Part shown: in pieces, positions 46,306 through 56,380 of the stretch
How positions within the stretch are numbered: position 1 is the first letter of the stretch
Layout: each line of letters begins with the position of its first letter
Virus record (IMG/VR): IMGVR_UViG_3300032224_001676
Coordinates: 1 to 64,000 of that record
Strand: one strand, 5' to 3'
Origin: a virus
DNA length: 64,000 nucleotides
Program-made: the position numbers and the translations under genes
The notes under the pieces: generated by a model
What the model was told of the DNA's origin: nothing
What the model saw: only the letters and a program-made list of their open reading frames with translations
Databases searched by the model: none

Positions 46306-47688
46306 TTATTGTGTTACGTTTAATATCATTTGAAATTTAACTCCGGTGATGTTAGCAGGTACTACTAATACTGGTGAGAATAAATGGTACCAATATATGT
46401 CAACATCATAGTTGTTACCTAAACTCCATTGATAAGCTGATACAGTTGTTATATAATTTTTACCTATCTTTTTAGCAAAAGCTGAATTAGGGAAGTTTGA
46501 GTTTGGGTACCATACAATAGTTTGTGTACCTGCTCCTCCTACTGTAGATGAAACAAGTGGGTTTCCACTTACTGGGACGAATGTACCTGCTGATGGAGAT
46601 GCGGCTGGGCTGTATATAACACTAGCTCCTGAAAATGCTCCGTCCATTGTAGCAGAATTTAAATTTAAAGCTGCGAAATTGTTAAGAGCAGTTTGATATG
46701 CTGCTGATGAGCCACCGTCCGCTACTGTTGAAGTTCCAGTAAAGTAAGCCATTATGTATCTTGAATCTAGTAAACCTAAATTAACAGATACTGAACTAGT
46801 TAAATTAGTTCTTATAAAGATATTATTAACGTTGTTCCAATTGACTGGAGGTAATATATAAGAATTTACAGCAGTTGGATTAGATGGGTATACTTGAGCT
46901 CCAAAGGTATTAGGACCAGGTGTAGTACTTATTAAACCATAAGAAAAAGTTGTTGAACCTGATACTTTAGTTGCTTGGTTTACAAACGCTAACTTATTAT
47001 ATGTAGTTGAAGAATTATAAGTTATTATACCACTATTATATATAGTATTTCCATTTGGGATACTAGCAGCTGACCATCCTCCAGGTAGTGGATTATCATA
47101 ACAATCAAATGAATATGATCTACCATCTGGTGGGACTGTAAAGTAACCATCTACTACTCCATTAATATCACCACTTGCTGTGCTAGGGAATACAAACAAA
47201 CTTGACCCATCATTATTAATAATAGTTACAGTTTTACCTTTTTGTGGGGTTTGTGGTAAACGACAGCAATAAGATCCAGTTCCTAATGACCCTGTACCTA
47301 CAACGTTGATACCATATTCTAAGTATGTGGTTGTATTAGTTGAAATGTTATCAAATATACTTCCAAATGATCCAGTACCGGTTGGGATTAATACATTTAT
47401 AGGTCGAACTACTCCTGTCCCGACATTTGGGAATCTTAAATCTCCACTAGAAGTTATACTTCCTGTAACGATTTGGTTACCAATAAAGATATTAGATCCT
47501 GTTGTAGCATATGATCCTGAGAATGTGTTAGTGATTACTGGTGAACCATTTGAAGTAATTGGTCCTGTAGTAGTAACACTACCTGAAATGATTTGGTTAC
47601 CATTAAGTGTTATAGATCCTGTCACATTAAGTGATCCTGTCGCACTAATAGATCCTGTGGTTACTAATGAACCTGAAATTGTTGGCAT
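46306..47688 (-). CDS. putative tail fibre/receptor-binding protein
   Basis: TGS-repeat N-terminus; LPQTPQKGKTVTIIN domain; beta-rich C-terminus. Confidence 0.7.
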   Translation of the reverse strand: MPTISGSLVTTGSISATGSLNVTGSITLNGNQIISGSVTTTGPITSNGSPVITNTFSGSYATTGSNIFIGNQIVTGSITSSGDLRFPNVGTGVVRPINVLIPTGTGSFGSIFDNISTNTTTYLEYGINVVGTGSLGTGSYCCRLPQTPQKGKTVTIINNDGSSLFVFPSTASGDINGVVDGYFTVPPDGRSYSFDCYDNPLPGGWSAASIPNGNTIYNSGIITYNSSTTYNKLAFVNQATKVSGSTTFSYGLISTTPGPNTFGAQVYPSNPTAVNSYILPPVNWNNVNNIFIRTNLTSSVSVNLGLLDSRYIMAYFTGTSTVADGGSSAAYQTALNNFAALNLNSATMDGAFSGASVIYSPAASPSAGTFVPVSGNPLVSSTVGGAGTQTIVWYPNSNFPNSAFAKKIGKNYITTVSAYQWSLGNNYDVDIYWYHLFSPVLVVPANITGVKFQMILNVTQ

Positions 47689-47706
47689 GTGTGTGTATTT
47701 TATTTA

Positions 47707-50154
47707 TTAAACTAATCTAATTTGTATAAAACTTCCGTTTCTGTATAATCCACCTATTGGGATACCTGCTGCTGCTGCGGAGGCGTCATTAGCATAACTA
47801 GCTAATACTAATCCTGGTAGTATTATTGTTCCGTTTCCTGTTGATATAGATCCTGAGATTGCTAATGACCCTGTTACTTGTACTTGTGAACCAGAAGCGT
47901 ATAATAAATTACTTCTACTAATATCACTAGTACCATTACCTACAATAAATGAAAAATCATTAGAATTTTCTAAGTTATAAGCACCTTGAACATGTGACCA
48001 AGCGCCTCCTGCTATAGTATAATATCCTTCAGTATGTGATCTACCTCCTTTTGCTGTTGTGTAGTAACCTTCAGCATGAGAACCTACACCAACACTAATT
48101 GTACTTTCGCCTTCAGCGTGTGAGTTTTGGCCTACTGCAGTTGTGAGTACTCCTTCAACGTGGGTTAAATCTCCTATGGCTTTTGAACCATATCCTTCAG
48201 CATGTGAATAATTACCTATTGAAACTGTAGTGTTACCTTCAGCGTGTGAAGCTAATCCTTGTGTAGTAGTAGTATATCCTTCAGCGTGAGAATAATATCC
48301 ATTTGTTGTTGTATGATCACCTTCAGCATGCGATCCATCAAAATTAGCTATAGTGTAAGCACCTTCAGCGTGTGCATTTGTTCCTATTGCTGTTGTAAGT
48401 GTTCCTTCAGTATGAGTATAATAACCTAAAGCTTTAGTAGAGTTTCCTTCAGCATGTGAGTTTATACCTACCGCTGTTGATACAAAACCTTCAGTGTGTG
48501 ATCCATCTCCTATTGCGGTTGTTTGAGTACCTTCAGCATGAGAAAAAATACCTATTGAAACAGATCCTGAACCTTCAGCGTGTGAGAAAGCACCTGCTGA
48601 TACTGTGAGTAATCCTTCGGCGTGTCCGTAACCTCCTTTAGCTGTAGTGGATATACCTTCAGTGTGGTCTCCAGGTCCGTTTGCTTTAGTTTGAAAACCT
48701 TCAGCATGTGATTGAGAACCTGATGCTATTGTTTGGTATCCTTCAGCGTGTGAGTATGAGCTTGACGCTATTGTTTGGTATCCTTCCGCGTGAGAATAAG
48801 CGCCTGATGCTAATGTTTGGAGTCCTTCAGAGTGGGAATATATACCTACTGAGGTAGTGTTATTACCTTCAGCGTGAGATAAATCTCCTTTTGCTGTTGA
48901 TTGACCTCCTTCAGCATGAGACCAATCACCTATCGCTTTATTAGAACCTCCTTCAGCATGAGACCAATTACCCACTGCTGAAGTAGAAGCACCTTCAGCA
49001 TGTGAGAAGTTACCTATTGTTGTTATATTCTCTCCTTGAGCTAAACTACCTGTAAGTTGCATTGATCCAGTTGCTTTAATAACATTTTGAATACCTAATG
49101 ATACAGCTATATTTCCATTTGGGTAGTAATATTTACGATTATCCCAATCAATAGCACTTGTTCCATTTATGTCATTTAAGAATCTAGCATCCCAATCTAC
49201 GCTTGTACGCCCAGATGCATCAATTAAATAATTACCTCCCCAATCTACTACCACTGTGTGGCCATCTGTAGCGTATAAGTATCTATTATTAGGATCTACA
49301 GATATAGCATTATTATCTGTATCGTATAAACCATACCCAGATTTAAATTTTAATGATCCAGAAATGGTAGTATTACCTTTTAAATTTACTGTTACTCCGG
49401 ATCCTGAGATTATAAATGATCCTGTAACTGCTCCGTTTCCATATTGGCGTATATAACGAGCATCACCAGTTGCTGTGTCGAATGGGGCTACTGTTAACCA
49501 TTGTCCTACTGAACCTGATTTATATATGTAAGCGTCACCATTATTAGCTGGGTTAGCATCTCCTGATACTACCCATAATAATCCATTAGTTAATGAGCTT
49601 GTAACAGCTCCTGATGAAGATACTGCTAATGAAGCGGATGTACCTGTAAGTACTGCTGTTAATGATACAGATACGTTACCAGCTGTTGGAAAAATTCCAT
49701 TAACTGATGTCACAAATTGTGACGTGTTAGCAGATGTTAATATATTTTGGCCGTTTATAGTACCAGCATTACCAATAGCTATGTTATTAGTAATTGTAGC
49801 GTTATTAGCTACAAGATTTGATAAGTCTATATAAGATGCTGTTAAAGCGTTTATCGCTAAATCTACATAAGATGCGGTTAACGCGTATGAGGCAGTAGAA
49901 GATAGAACTGCTAAATCTACATAAGACGCGGTTAAAGCATAAGATGCTGTAGAAGATAAATTAGCTAAATCTACATAAGACGCTGTTATTGCATTTGTAG
50001 CGGTACCATTTAATGATCCTGTGATTGAAGCATTAGCTAAAAAATCATTAAAGGAGGCTGTACTTAAGAAACTAGATGTAATATATGTGAAATTACCATC
50101 TAATTCAGCATATGTTAATTCATATCCTTTTTCTAAACGGAGAGTAAGTGCCAT
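47707..50154 (-). CDS. tail fibre/adhesin with about 24 SHAEG repeats and TASYALTASY repeats
   Basis: Paralog of 43743..45647; ends YANDASAAAAGIPIGGLYRNG. Confidence 0.75.
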   Translation of the reverse strand: MALTLRLEKGYELTYAELDGNFTYITSSFLSTASFNDFLANASITGSLNGTATNAITASYVDLANLSSTASYALTASYVDLAVLSSTASYALTASYVDLAINALTASYIDLSNLVANNATITNNIAIGNAGTINGQNILTSANTSQFVTSVNGIFPTAGNVSVSLTAVLTGTSASLAVSSSGAVTSSLTNGLLWVVSGDANPANNGDAYIYKSGSVGQWLTVAPFDTATGDARYIRQYGNGAVTGSFIISGSGVTVNLKGNTTISGSLKFKSGYGLYDTDNNAISVDPNNRYLYATDGHTVVVDWGGNYLIDASGRTSVDWDARFLNDINGTSAIDWDNRKYYYPNGNIAVSLGIQNVIKATGSMQLTGSLAQGENITTIGNFSHAEGASTSAVGNWSHAEGGSNKAIGDWSHAEGGQSTAKGDLSHAEGNNTTSVGIYSHSEGLQTLASGAYSHAEGYQTIASSSYSHAEGYQTIASGSQSHAEGFQTKANGPGDHTEGISTTAKGGYGHAEGLLTVSAGAFSHAEGSGSVSIGIFSHAEGTQTTAIGDGSHTEGFVSTAVGINSHAEGNSTKALGYYTHTEGTLTTAIGTNAHAEGAYTIANFDGSHAEGDHTTTNGYYSHAEGYTTTTQGLASHAEGNTTVSIGNYSHAEGYGSKAIGDLTHVEGVLTTAVGQNSHAEGESTISVGVGSHAEGYYTTAKGGRSHTEGYYTIAGGAWSHVQGAYNLENSNDFSFIVGNGTSDISRSNLLYASGSQVQVTGSLAISGSISTGNGTIILPGLVLASYANDASAAAAGIPIGGLYRNGSFIQIRLV

Positions 50155-50210
50155 GTGTGTTTATAAGAGATTAGTGTTTTCTTATAAATATGACATGACA
50201 CTAGAAAAAA

Positions 50211-50705
50211 CTATTTGTTTAAAAATTGTTTTAAATTTGGACGGAAATAATTTACTGATTTCATTACTTTACGATCTCGAGTACGATATACAATCCAATA
50301 ATCACCTACTTTTTCATAGTGACATGGTTCACCTTGTTCTGTTTCACGAACTCGAACTGTAAAATTAGCTTCTTCTTCTGTTTTACAAGCTTTAGACATA
50401 TTACTTGCCTGCACCTCTAAGTAAGCGGGTAGAATTTGGTCTTTTAAACCGTGCAACATAGCCCCGTTTCCTAAAGAAACGTAAGTAATGTCGCATAATG
50501 CGTCTAAGACCTCTACGATGTTTCCTGTTTCGCATGCGTGTTTATATTCTTCTAGTTCTTCTAATATAAAATTATAAACAAACATCCATTCATCTTTAGA
50601 TGGAATATTAGGTTCATAATTATTTGGTTTACCCATTGTAGCGTTAAATTCCTCTACTTCGCTAACAAATGGAACATAATTTTCTTTAGATTGAGACATG
50701 ACCAT
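50211..50705 (-). CDS. MazG-like/PRA-PH all-alpha nucleotide pyrophosphohydrolase
   Basis: EELEEY...EVLDALCDITYV, EVQASNMSK, KVMKS.NYFRPNL. Confidence 0.85.
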   Translation of the reverse strand: MVMSQSKENYVPFVSEVEEFNATMGKPNNYEPNIPSKDEWMFVYNFILEELEEYKHACETGNIVEVLDALCDITYVSLGNGAMLHGLKDQILPAYLEVQASNMSKACKTEEEANFTVRVRETEQGEPCHYEKVGDYWIVYRTRDRKVMKSVNYFRPNLKQFLNK

Positions 50706-51381
50706 TATTTATTTTAAGTGAATCAAAAAATTCTTTACGTGCTAAATTATCGTTTTCCATAAATACACCTGATGCTTTAGTAGTAACCATTGCAGCACCT
50801 TGATGTTTAATACCTCTACAACTAACACAATTGTGAGTAGCAACTACAGTTACAATAACACCTAAGTTACCTTCACAAACTTTATTTACTGCTTGATGAA
50901 TTGCTGCTGTTAATTGTTCTTGAATAGCTCCTCTACGACCAAAGTGTTCTACAATACGATTTAATTTTGATAAACCGATTACTCTACCTTCAGCACCTGC
51001 AATGTAACCAATATGTACTACACCTCTAATTGTTTGGTGGTGATGTGAACACATTGAAGTTAATTGAATATTACGTTCAATAATTACTCCATCATAACCA
51101 TCTGATGGGAATGAAGTAATATCAGTAAATCCATTATAACGACCAGCCCATAAATCATTAACATATGCTTTAGCTACACGGCGAGGTGTATCGGCAGAGT
51201 TAGGATCGTTTTGCCAATCACACTTTAATGCTGTTAAGAAATTACCAAAATGTTCAGTAGCTTCTTCAATCATTTGCTGTTTTTCATCGTCTGTTAATGG
51301 ACGATCTAAGGCAGAACCATTTGCTAAACCTGTTTTCACACACTCAATATCGTTGTGAAATTTTCTTCTATTATTTTCCAT
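50686..51381 (-). CDS. folE: GTP cyclohydrolase I
   Basis: DTPRRVAK, SMCSHH, GLSKLNR, QEQLT, HNCVSCRG. Confidence 0.95.
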   Translation of the reverse strand: MENNRRKFHNDIECVKTGLANGSALDRPLTDDEKQQMIEEATEHFGNFLTALKCDWQNDPNSADTPRRVAKAYVNDLWAGRYNGFTDITSFPSDGYDGVIIERNIQLTSMCSHHHQTIRGVVHIGYIAGAEGRVIGLSKLNRIVEHFGRRGAIQEQLTAAIHQAVNKVCEGNLGVIVTVVATHNCVSCRGIKHQGAAMVTTKASGVFMENDNLARKEFFDSLKINNGHVSI

Positions 51382-51419
51382 ATAATGTAAATATAACAAT
51401 TAATTTTAATTTCTCCAAA

Positions 51420-51920
51420 TTAGATTGAGTAAATGGATGTGCGATTTCTATTAAATCCATTTTCATCATTACAACCCATTCCTACAATCCATTCATCATT
51501 TAATTCAAAACCATAGATATGATTTGGAAATTCAATATCTTTACGTTTACATAACGTAACTAATGTTATAGATTTAGGTTCTTTAATTTTCATATATTCT
51601 ACTAGGTAGTTCATAGTATTACCTGAGTCTATTAGATCATCTACTAGATATAAATGTTTACCTTTGATTGGTGTTTCTAAATCTTTAGTGATTTCAACAT
51701 CGCCTTGTTCTTTCTTACCAATATAACTTTTCGCTCTAACAAAATCACATTCTATATTAAAATTTAGATTTTTAACAAGTTCAGCAAAAAACATAAAACC
51801 TCCATTTAACACACAAGCAAATACTACTTGATCAGGAGTGTTGTAATGTTTTTGATTTATTTTATGGCCAATAGAAAAACATTTATCTTTGATATTTTCT
51901 GAGTAGATTAGTGGTTTCAT
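51420..51920 (-). CDS. hpt: hypoxanthine/guanine phosphoribosyltransferase
   Basis: VLNGGFMFFAEL, KSY, LVDDLIDSGNT PRPP loop, WIVGMG..RN. Confidence 0.85.
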   Translation of the reverse strand: MKPLIYSENIKDKCFSIGHKINQKHYNTPDQVVFACVLNGGFMFFAELVKNLNFNIECDFVRAKSYIGKKEQGDVEITKDLETPIKGKHLYLVDDLIDSGNTMNYLVEYMKIKEPKSITLVTLCKRKDIEFPNHIYGFELNDEWIVGMGCNDENGFNRNRTSIYSI

Positions 51921-52207
51921 TATTTGTTATTTTTAATCATTTGTGCTATATCATCTACGCCAACATATTTTAAAACTCTACTTGATTTTATATGTACTAA
52001 TGTAGGATAAAAATCTACATTAAACATATCAAATATGTCTCCATTATTAGTAGTTTCTTCAATTCTATATACAGGAATCATTTTTTTAGAAGCATGTTCT
52101 TGAATTATAGGCTTTGCTATACCACAGTGAATACAATCTTCTGAGTAGAATAATATGAAACTATCATTCTTATCTTGGAGAATTTCTTTTAGTAATTGTT
52201 TATTCAT
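51920..52207 (-). CDS. thioredoxin-like protein
   Basis: FYSEDCIHC, YPTL. Confidence 0.8.
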   Translation of the reverse strand: MNKQLLKEILQDKNDSFILFYSEDCIHCGIAKPIIQEHASKKMIPVYRIEETTNNGDIFDMFNVDFYPTLVHIKSSRVLKYVGVDDIAQMIKNNK

Positions 52208-52208
52208 T

Positions 52209-53000
52209 TTAAACTTCTCTTTTAGTGTCAAAGGCTATAATATGTTCTCTTCCTGTAAAGTTATAGCCGTTATCTCTACAAAAATCCATTACCATAGGAT
52301 ATACTCGAATTAATTCATCTCTTGTATCGCCAGGAGGCATTAACCAAGTCTTACGTTTTGGGATATCCATTTCAACTCTAAATGCTTCAATCTCAGCCCA
52401 TGCTTCAGGCATTTCAATAGGGTTACAAACAGGTTTAAAATGATAATCATAATGATAATCTAACGTTTTCCTGATTACTTCTTTATCCAAACGGTGTTTA
52501 TTATGTTGGTCCACCATCTTTTGGTCCGCAATTTTACCTTGCGGTGTAAGAGTCCCAAGTGCAGGAACACTGTTACTAAACTTAGGGCTAAGAGATATAA
52601 GCCCAATAGGGAAATCAGTTTCAATGAAGTGAGAACCTTCCGTTTCAATTGTGATAAATAAGCCACGTTTTTCAGCTAAATGAGTTAATTCGTTTACTAG
52701 ATCAGGATGCATAGTAGGTGAACCACCTGTTAGCATCATTTCTCTAATGTAAGGGTTACTATCATAAATAGCTATAATATCATTAAATGTATATTTTCCT
52801 TTTTCAGGATGAATACTTGTGTACCAACTATCACACCACCCACCTTCTCCAAACCAACATCTATGAGTACAACCTGTAGTTCTGATAACTACTGTGGGCA
52901 TACCGGCTCTACTACCTTCTGATTGTACTGCAGTGTATAATTCTACAATTGGTAGTTTTTTATTATAATCTTCTATTCTACCTGGTTTTTTATTCTCCAT
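52209..53000 (-). CDS. queE: 7-carboxy-7-deazaguanine synthase (radical SAM)
   Basis: VQSEG, RTTGCTHRC...WCDS, LTGGSP, IETEGS, LSPK. Confidence 0.9.
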   Translation of the reverse strand: MENKKPGRIEDYNKKLPIVELYTAVQSEGSRAGMPTVVIRTTGCTHRCWFGEGGWCDSWYTSIHPEKGKYTFNDIIAIYDSNPYIREMMLTGGSPTMHPDLVNELTHLAEKRGLFITIETEGSHFIETDFPIGLISLSPKFSNSVPALGTLTPQGKIADQKMVDQHNKHRLDKEVIRKTLDYHYDYHFKPVCNPIEMPEAWAEIEAFRVEMDIPKRKTWLMPPGDTRDELIRVYPMVMDFCRDNGYNFTGREHIIAFDTKREV

Positions 53001-53457
53001 AACTTGCTGAGTTTCTTTCATGTTCATATACTTCTACTTCAGTTGCTCTTACTCTGCCTTCGGTTTCTGTTTTTAGAAAATCATTTATTACATAATATAA
53101 ATGTTCGGCAAATTTCTCACAACCTACATCAGGTAAAATTCTTAATTGAATTATACCATCTTTATCCATTTGTTTAAAATTTTCTAGATACGGATCATCT
53201 ATAGATACAACTGTAGTGTGATCTAATAGGAATGCAAAGTAATCTTTTGGAGACATACCTTGAATTTGAGTTTTTGCTCGTTTCATACCTCCAAAATCCC
53301 ATACCCAATTACGGTGATCTAATTCTCCTTCAAACCATACTCTAAATGATACTGCGTACCCGTGAAGAAATCTACAGTGTGTTCCATCTGCTTTCCATTG
53401 TCTAAAGCATGCAGAGTATCCATCAAATAATTTTGTTGAATTATATTTTGTCTCCAT
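52990..53457 (-). CDS. queD: 6-carboxy-5,6,7,8-tetrahydropterin synthase
   Basis: HCRFLHGY, WVWDFG, LDH, GCEKFAE, VEVYEHERNSA. Confidence 0.88.
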   Translation of the reverse strand: METKYNSTKLFDGYSACFRQWKADGTHCRFLHGYAVSFRVWFEGELDHRNWVWDFGGMKRAKTQIQGMSPKDYFAFLLDHTTVVSIDDPYLENFKQMDKDGIIQLRILPDVGCEKFAEHLYYVINDFLKTETEGRVRATEVEVYEHERNSASYGE

Positions 53458-53712
53458 TTATCCTTCGTTTAACCAGTTAATGATTTCACTAAACGATCTG
53501 TTTCCTGTAAAGCGTTTAAGTTCTCTTCCATTTTCCATCAATACAACTGTAGGAACACTTCTAACTTTCGCTTCTGCTATGATAGCAGGATCAGTATAGT
53601 CTACATTTCGTTTTTGTACTGGGATTTGCTTTGCTATTTGCTCCATAGTTGGGCCTAATGCTTTACATGGTTCACACCATTCGGCACTATAATAATAAAT
53701 TGATTTACTCAT
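53458..53712 (-). CDS. thioredoxin
   Basis: YSAEWCEPCK, VRSVPT. Confidence 0.9.
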   Translation of the reverse strand: MSKSIYYYSAEWCEPCKALGPTMEQIAKQIPVQKRNVDYTDPAIIAEAKVRSVPTVVLMENGRELKRFTGNRSFSEIINWLNEG

Positions 53713-54604
53713 GATTTTCTAATATTTGTTCTACATGTTTAACTACTGTTTCCCAACTTACAGGACCTGTCTCATCAGCATAGCCAACTGGATCTACTTT
53801 TCCAAGTCTCATAAATGCTTCAACTCGTTCTACAGATGATGCTGATTTGTAATCACTATACCAGGTTTCGAAAAAGACGTTTATTTCATCTTCTGTTCCT
53901 TCAAATCTTTTTTCTGATTTTATTATTCTAATTGGTTTGTAAGATGTGTTGGTGAAGGAATATACTGTGTTAAAATTAAGACCTAATTGCTCACAGCAGT
54001 CATCTCCATCTACTAAAATACCAGCCTTATTATTATCAAGATAAGGTGTATAATAATATACTTTTTCAGCACCCCAATTACCTAGTTTAAATGCTTCAAA
54101 ATCAGCATCTCTAAACTCTTGACGACAGTCAGGATAAATAGCATGATCACCCGCATGTATCCCCATTGCAATAGCACATTCAGTATTCTTTTGTTCAGCA
54201 ATTGATAATGCAACTGCTTGAATAATAGAACTAAAAATCTTATTACGATTAGGAACTACTGTTGCTTTCATATTCTCTTCAGCATAGTGTCCTTCAGGCA
54301 CTTCTTCACCTCCAGTTACTAATGCTGAGTTTAATAGTTGAGATAAACCATCTAGTTTAATAACTTGATGTTTGACAGGATAATTAGATTTGAATCCTTC
54401 AACTCTAGTATGCACTGGTTTATTAGTGAATAGAGTTTTATTAATATACTCAACTAAATCTTTAGCACGCTCTAACTCAACTTTATGTTTTTGCCCATAG
54501 TCGAATGATAATGCTGTTACTTCATAATCATTAGCGAGTAAATGAAGTAATAATGTGGAGCTATCCATTCCTCCACTTAACGATAAAACTGCTTGTTTCT
54601 TCAT
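53705..54604 (-). CDS. queC: 7-cyano-7-deazaguanine synthase
   Basis: SGGMDSST, FDYGQKH, VVPNRN, YPDCR; C-terminal Cys motif replaced by YKSASSVER. Confidence 0.9.
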   Translation of the reverse strand: MKKQAVLSLSGGMDSSTLLLHLLANDYEVTALSFDYGQKHKVELERAKDLVEYINKTLFTNKPVHTRVEGFKSNYPVKHQVIKLDGLSQLLNSALVTGGEEVPEGHYAEENMKATVVPNRNKIFSSIIQAVALSIAEQKNTECAIAMGIHAGDHAIYPDCRQEFRDADFEAFKLGNWGAEKVYYYTPYLDNNKAGILVDGDDCCEQLGLNFNTVYSFTNTSYKPIRIIKSEKRFEGTEDEINVFFETWYSDYKSASSVERVEAFMRLGKVDPVGYADETGPVSWETVVKHVEQILENHE

Positions 54605-55410
54605 ATATTGTTTATTTTACGGAATAAATCTACGTTATTTAATATTAAAGCCAAATTTAAATCGTAAAGATGTATATTCATTATATCATCTATTCTAGTT
54701 TTTGGTTTTGATGTTAAACCATAACTTTGATAAGGCATATTATCTATACCTGCTAAAATTGGATTTGATGTGTCTATTGTTTCAATACAACTTAAGTGGT
54801 GATAATAACCAAATTCTTGAGGTAATTGACAACCTAATAAATGTAGTTTAACTTCTTGCCATGGTTCATTTAATAAGTAATCATCTGCTAATGTTTTTAC
54901 AAACGAGATACGACCCATCATCTTAGCAAAATTTGGGTCAGGATGTGATGATAAATCATTGTACCAACTTGCTCCGTATGAGATAGCAATTTTTTTATAA
55001 CCTAATAAGTTCTTTAATGTGTCAAAACATTCTAAACCCTCCATAAGATTATTTGCTTGAACAACCGCTACGAATTTAGTATTTGGATAATCATATTCTT
55101 TTTGAATCCATTCATCTGCGCTTTCAAGTGTTTTGTCTTTGTCTTGCCAATGATCAGGAACTATAAATTCATCTGGTTGGAGTTTTTCTAACCAATATAA
55201 TAATCTGTCTTCTGAATATGGTGTTCCTAGTTCATGAAGACTATTATCCATTATGATGTAACGGCCTTCTTTACTAGATTGGAGAAAATACTCTTTATAC
55301 TCTTCGTTTTGATCTAATAAATGAGGTAGACAATAGTCATACTTATTAAATTGTTTACTTCGTTCTAAAAGACATAAAGGTACTTCGTGGGATACTTTTG
55401 GTTTAAACAT
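54601..55410 (-). CDS. divergent TGT-fold protein, DpdA-like DNA guanine transglycosylase candidate
   Basis: IMDNS, IVPD, VVQ, LHLLG and IDTSNP align with the TGT/DpdA motif order; overlaps the queC start. Confidence 0.6.
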   Translation of the reverse strand: MFKPKVSHEVPLCLLERSKQFNKYDYCLPHLLDQNEEYKEYFLQSSKEGRYIIMDNSLHELGTPYSEDRLLYWLEKLQPDEFIVPDHWQDKDKTLESADEWIQKEYDYPNTKFVAVVQANNLMEGLECFDTLKNLLGYKKIAISYGASWYNDLSSHPDPNFAKMMGRISFVKTLADDYLLNEPWQEVKLHLLGCQLPQEFGYYHHLSCIETIDTSNPILAGIDNMPYQSYGLTSKPKTRIDDIMNIHLYDLNLALILNNVDLFRKINNI

Positions 55411-55418
55411 AGATTTTA

Positions 55419-55712
55419 TTATTTGGTAAATTCACAGATACTTTCTTCGATCATTTCTGTGACTAGATCATCTAGTCCTTCTACTTCTCTAAATCTCTCT
55501 ATATCAAATGTAGGTTCTATATGAACATTATTTATTACTACTGATGGAGGATTTACTATTTCTTCTAAACGAATTCCAGTTTTATTATTTGGGTGTTCTT
55601 CTATGGAACGCACCATATAAAACTTTCCTTTATCTGGTAAAAATACAATTAATTCTTTTTGCTTCTCATTAAAAGCAGCGTTGATACATTCTACAACCGA
55701 TCCTATTTTCAT
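55419..55712 (-). CDS. hypothetical protein
   Basis: ORF track. Confidence 0.7.
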   Translation of the reverse strand: MKIGSVVECINAAFNEKQKELIVFLPDKGKFYMVRSIEEHPNNKTGIRLEEIVNPPSVVINNVHIEPTFDIERFREVEGLDDLVTEMIEESICEFTK

Positions 55713-55924
55713 ACTTCTTCTATTTCAGACCATTCTGGTTCTGTGACTGTTTCACATAATAAAAAATGAGTAGCAGTTTTTAATACATGATCTGCTCCCA
55801 TATATTCTTTCCAGATTTTTAATAACTCTTCATTGATATTATTATGTCTATCTATAATATAGCTAAGATTTAATTTTCTCAAAACTAAATAGACATTACC
55901 ATTATAAAAAAACAATTCTTTCAT
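55709..55924 (-). CDS. hypothetical protein
   Basis: ORF track. Confidence 0.7.
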   Translation of the reverse strand: MKELFFYNGNVYLVLRKLNLSYIIDRHNNINEELLKIWKEYMGADHVLKTATHFLLCETVTEPEWSEIEEV

Positions 55925-55927
55925 TAC

Positions 55928-56380
55928 TTAATGTACTAATAGATAAACTAAAGGTGCTATAATGATTATTCCTATTCCACCTGTTGTAAAAGTTGCTTTA
56001 ACCCAACTGTTCTTTTTATCAGTCATATTAGCTAAATCAATTTTTGTATTTTCATGGGCAGTATATTCATCATTATATTTTTTTTGGAAGTCTTTAGACA
56101 CTATTAATAAACTATTATATTCATTATTTAATGCTCTATAAGCTGCCCTTTCTCTAGCTATTTGTAAATCAGCGTCAGCTGAGTATTTTAGCCATTTTTC
56201 TTTTTCAAGTTTACAGCCTTCAAATTGCTTAAATTTTATTAATAATTCAACCTCTTGTTTGTGGGTAAAGAAAATACCAGTGTCACCACTAAAAACAATA
56301 CGTTTAGGGGTTAAGTGTTGACCACATGCTATCACGCTGGTCAAAAGTAAAATTGCGGATATTAGAAATGTCTTTAGCAT
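55928..56380 (-). CDS. spanin-like lipoprotein (lipobox, coiled coil, C-terminal TM)
   Basis: MLKTFLISAILLLTSVIAC-G; C-terminal GGIGIIIIAPLVYLLV; overlaps the 3' end of 56304..56624. Confidence 0.55.
   Translation of the reverse strand: MLKTFLISAILLLTSVIACGQHLTPKRIVFSGDTGIFFTHKQEVELLIKFKQFEGCKLEKEKWLKYSADADLQIARERAAYRALNNEYNSLLIVSKDFQKKYNDEYTAHENTKIDLANMTDKKNSWVKATFTTGGIGIIIIAPLVYLLVH

Noticed and set aside
44100-49020. CRISPR-like periodic repeats (ccttcagcatgtga about every 42 bp)
   Set aside because: They are in-frame coding repeats of the SHAEG motif with wobble variation; the constant part is too short and there is no cas operon
43743-50154. Diversity-generating retroelement acting on the fibre genes
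   Set aside because: No reverse transcriptase in the window and no adenine-specific TR/VR pair noticed
1745-52666. Nested minus-strand alternative-frame ORFs (1745, 5252, 9354, 32008, 52475)
   Set aside because: They lie wholly within well-supported genes and show no independent coding signal
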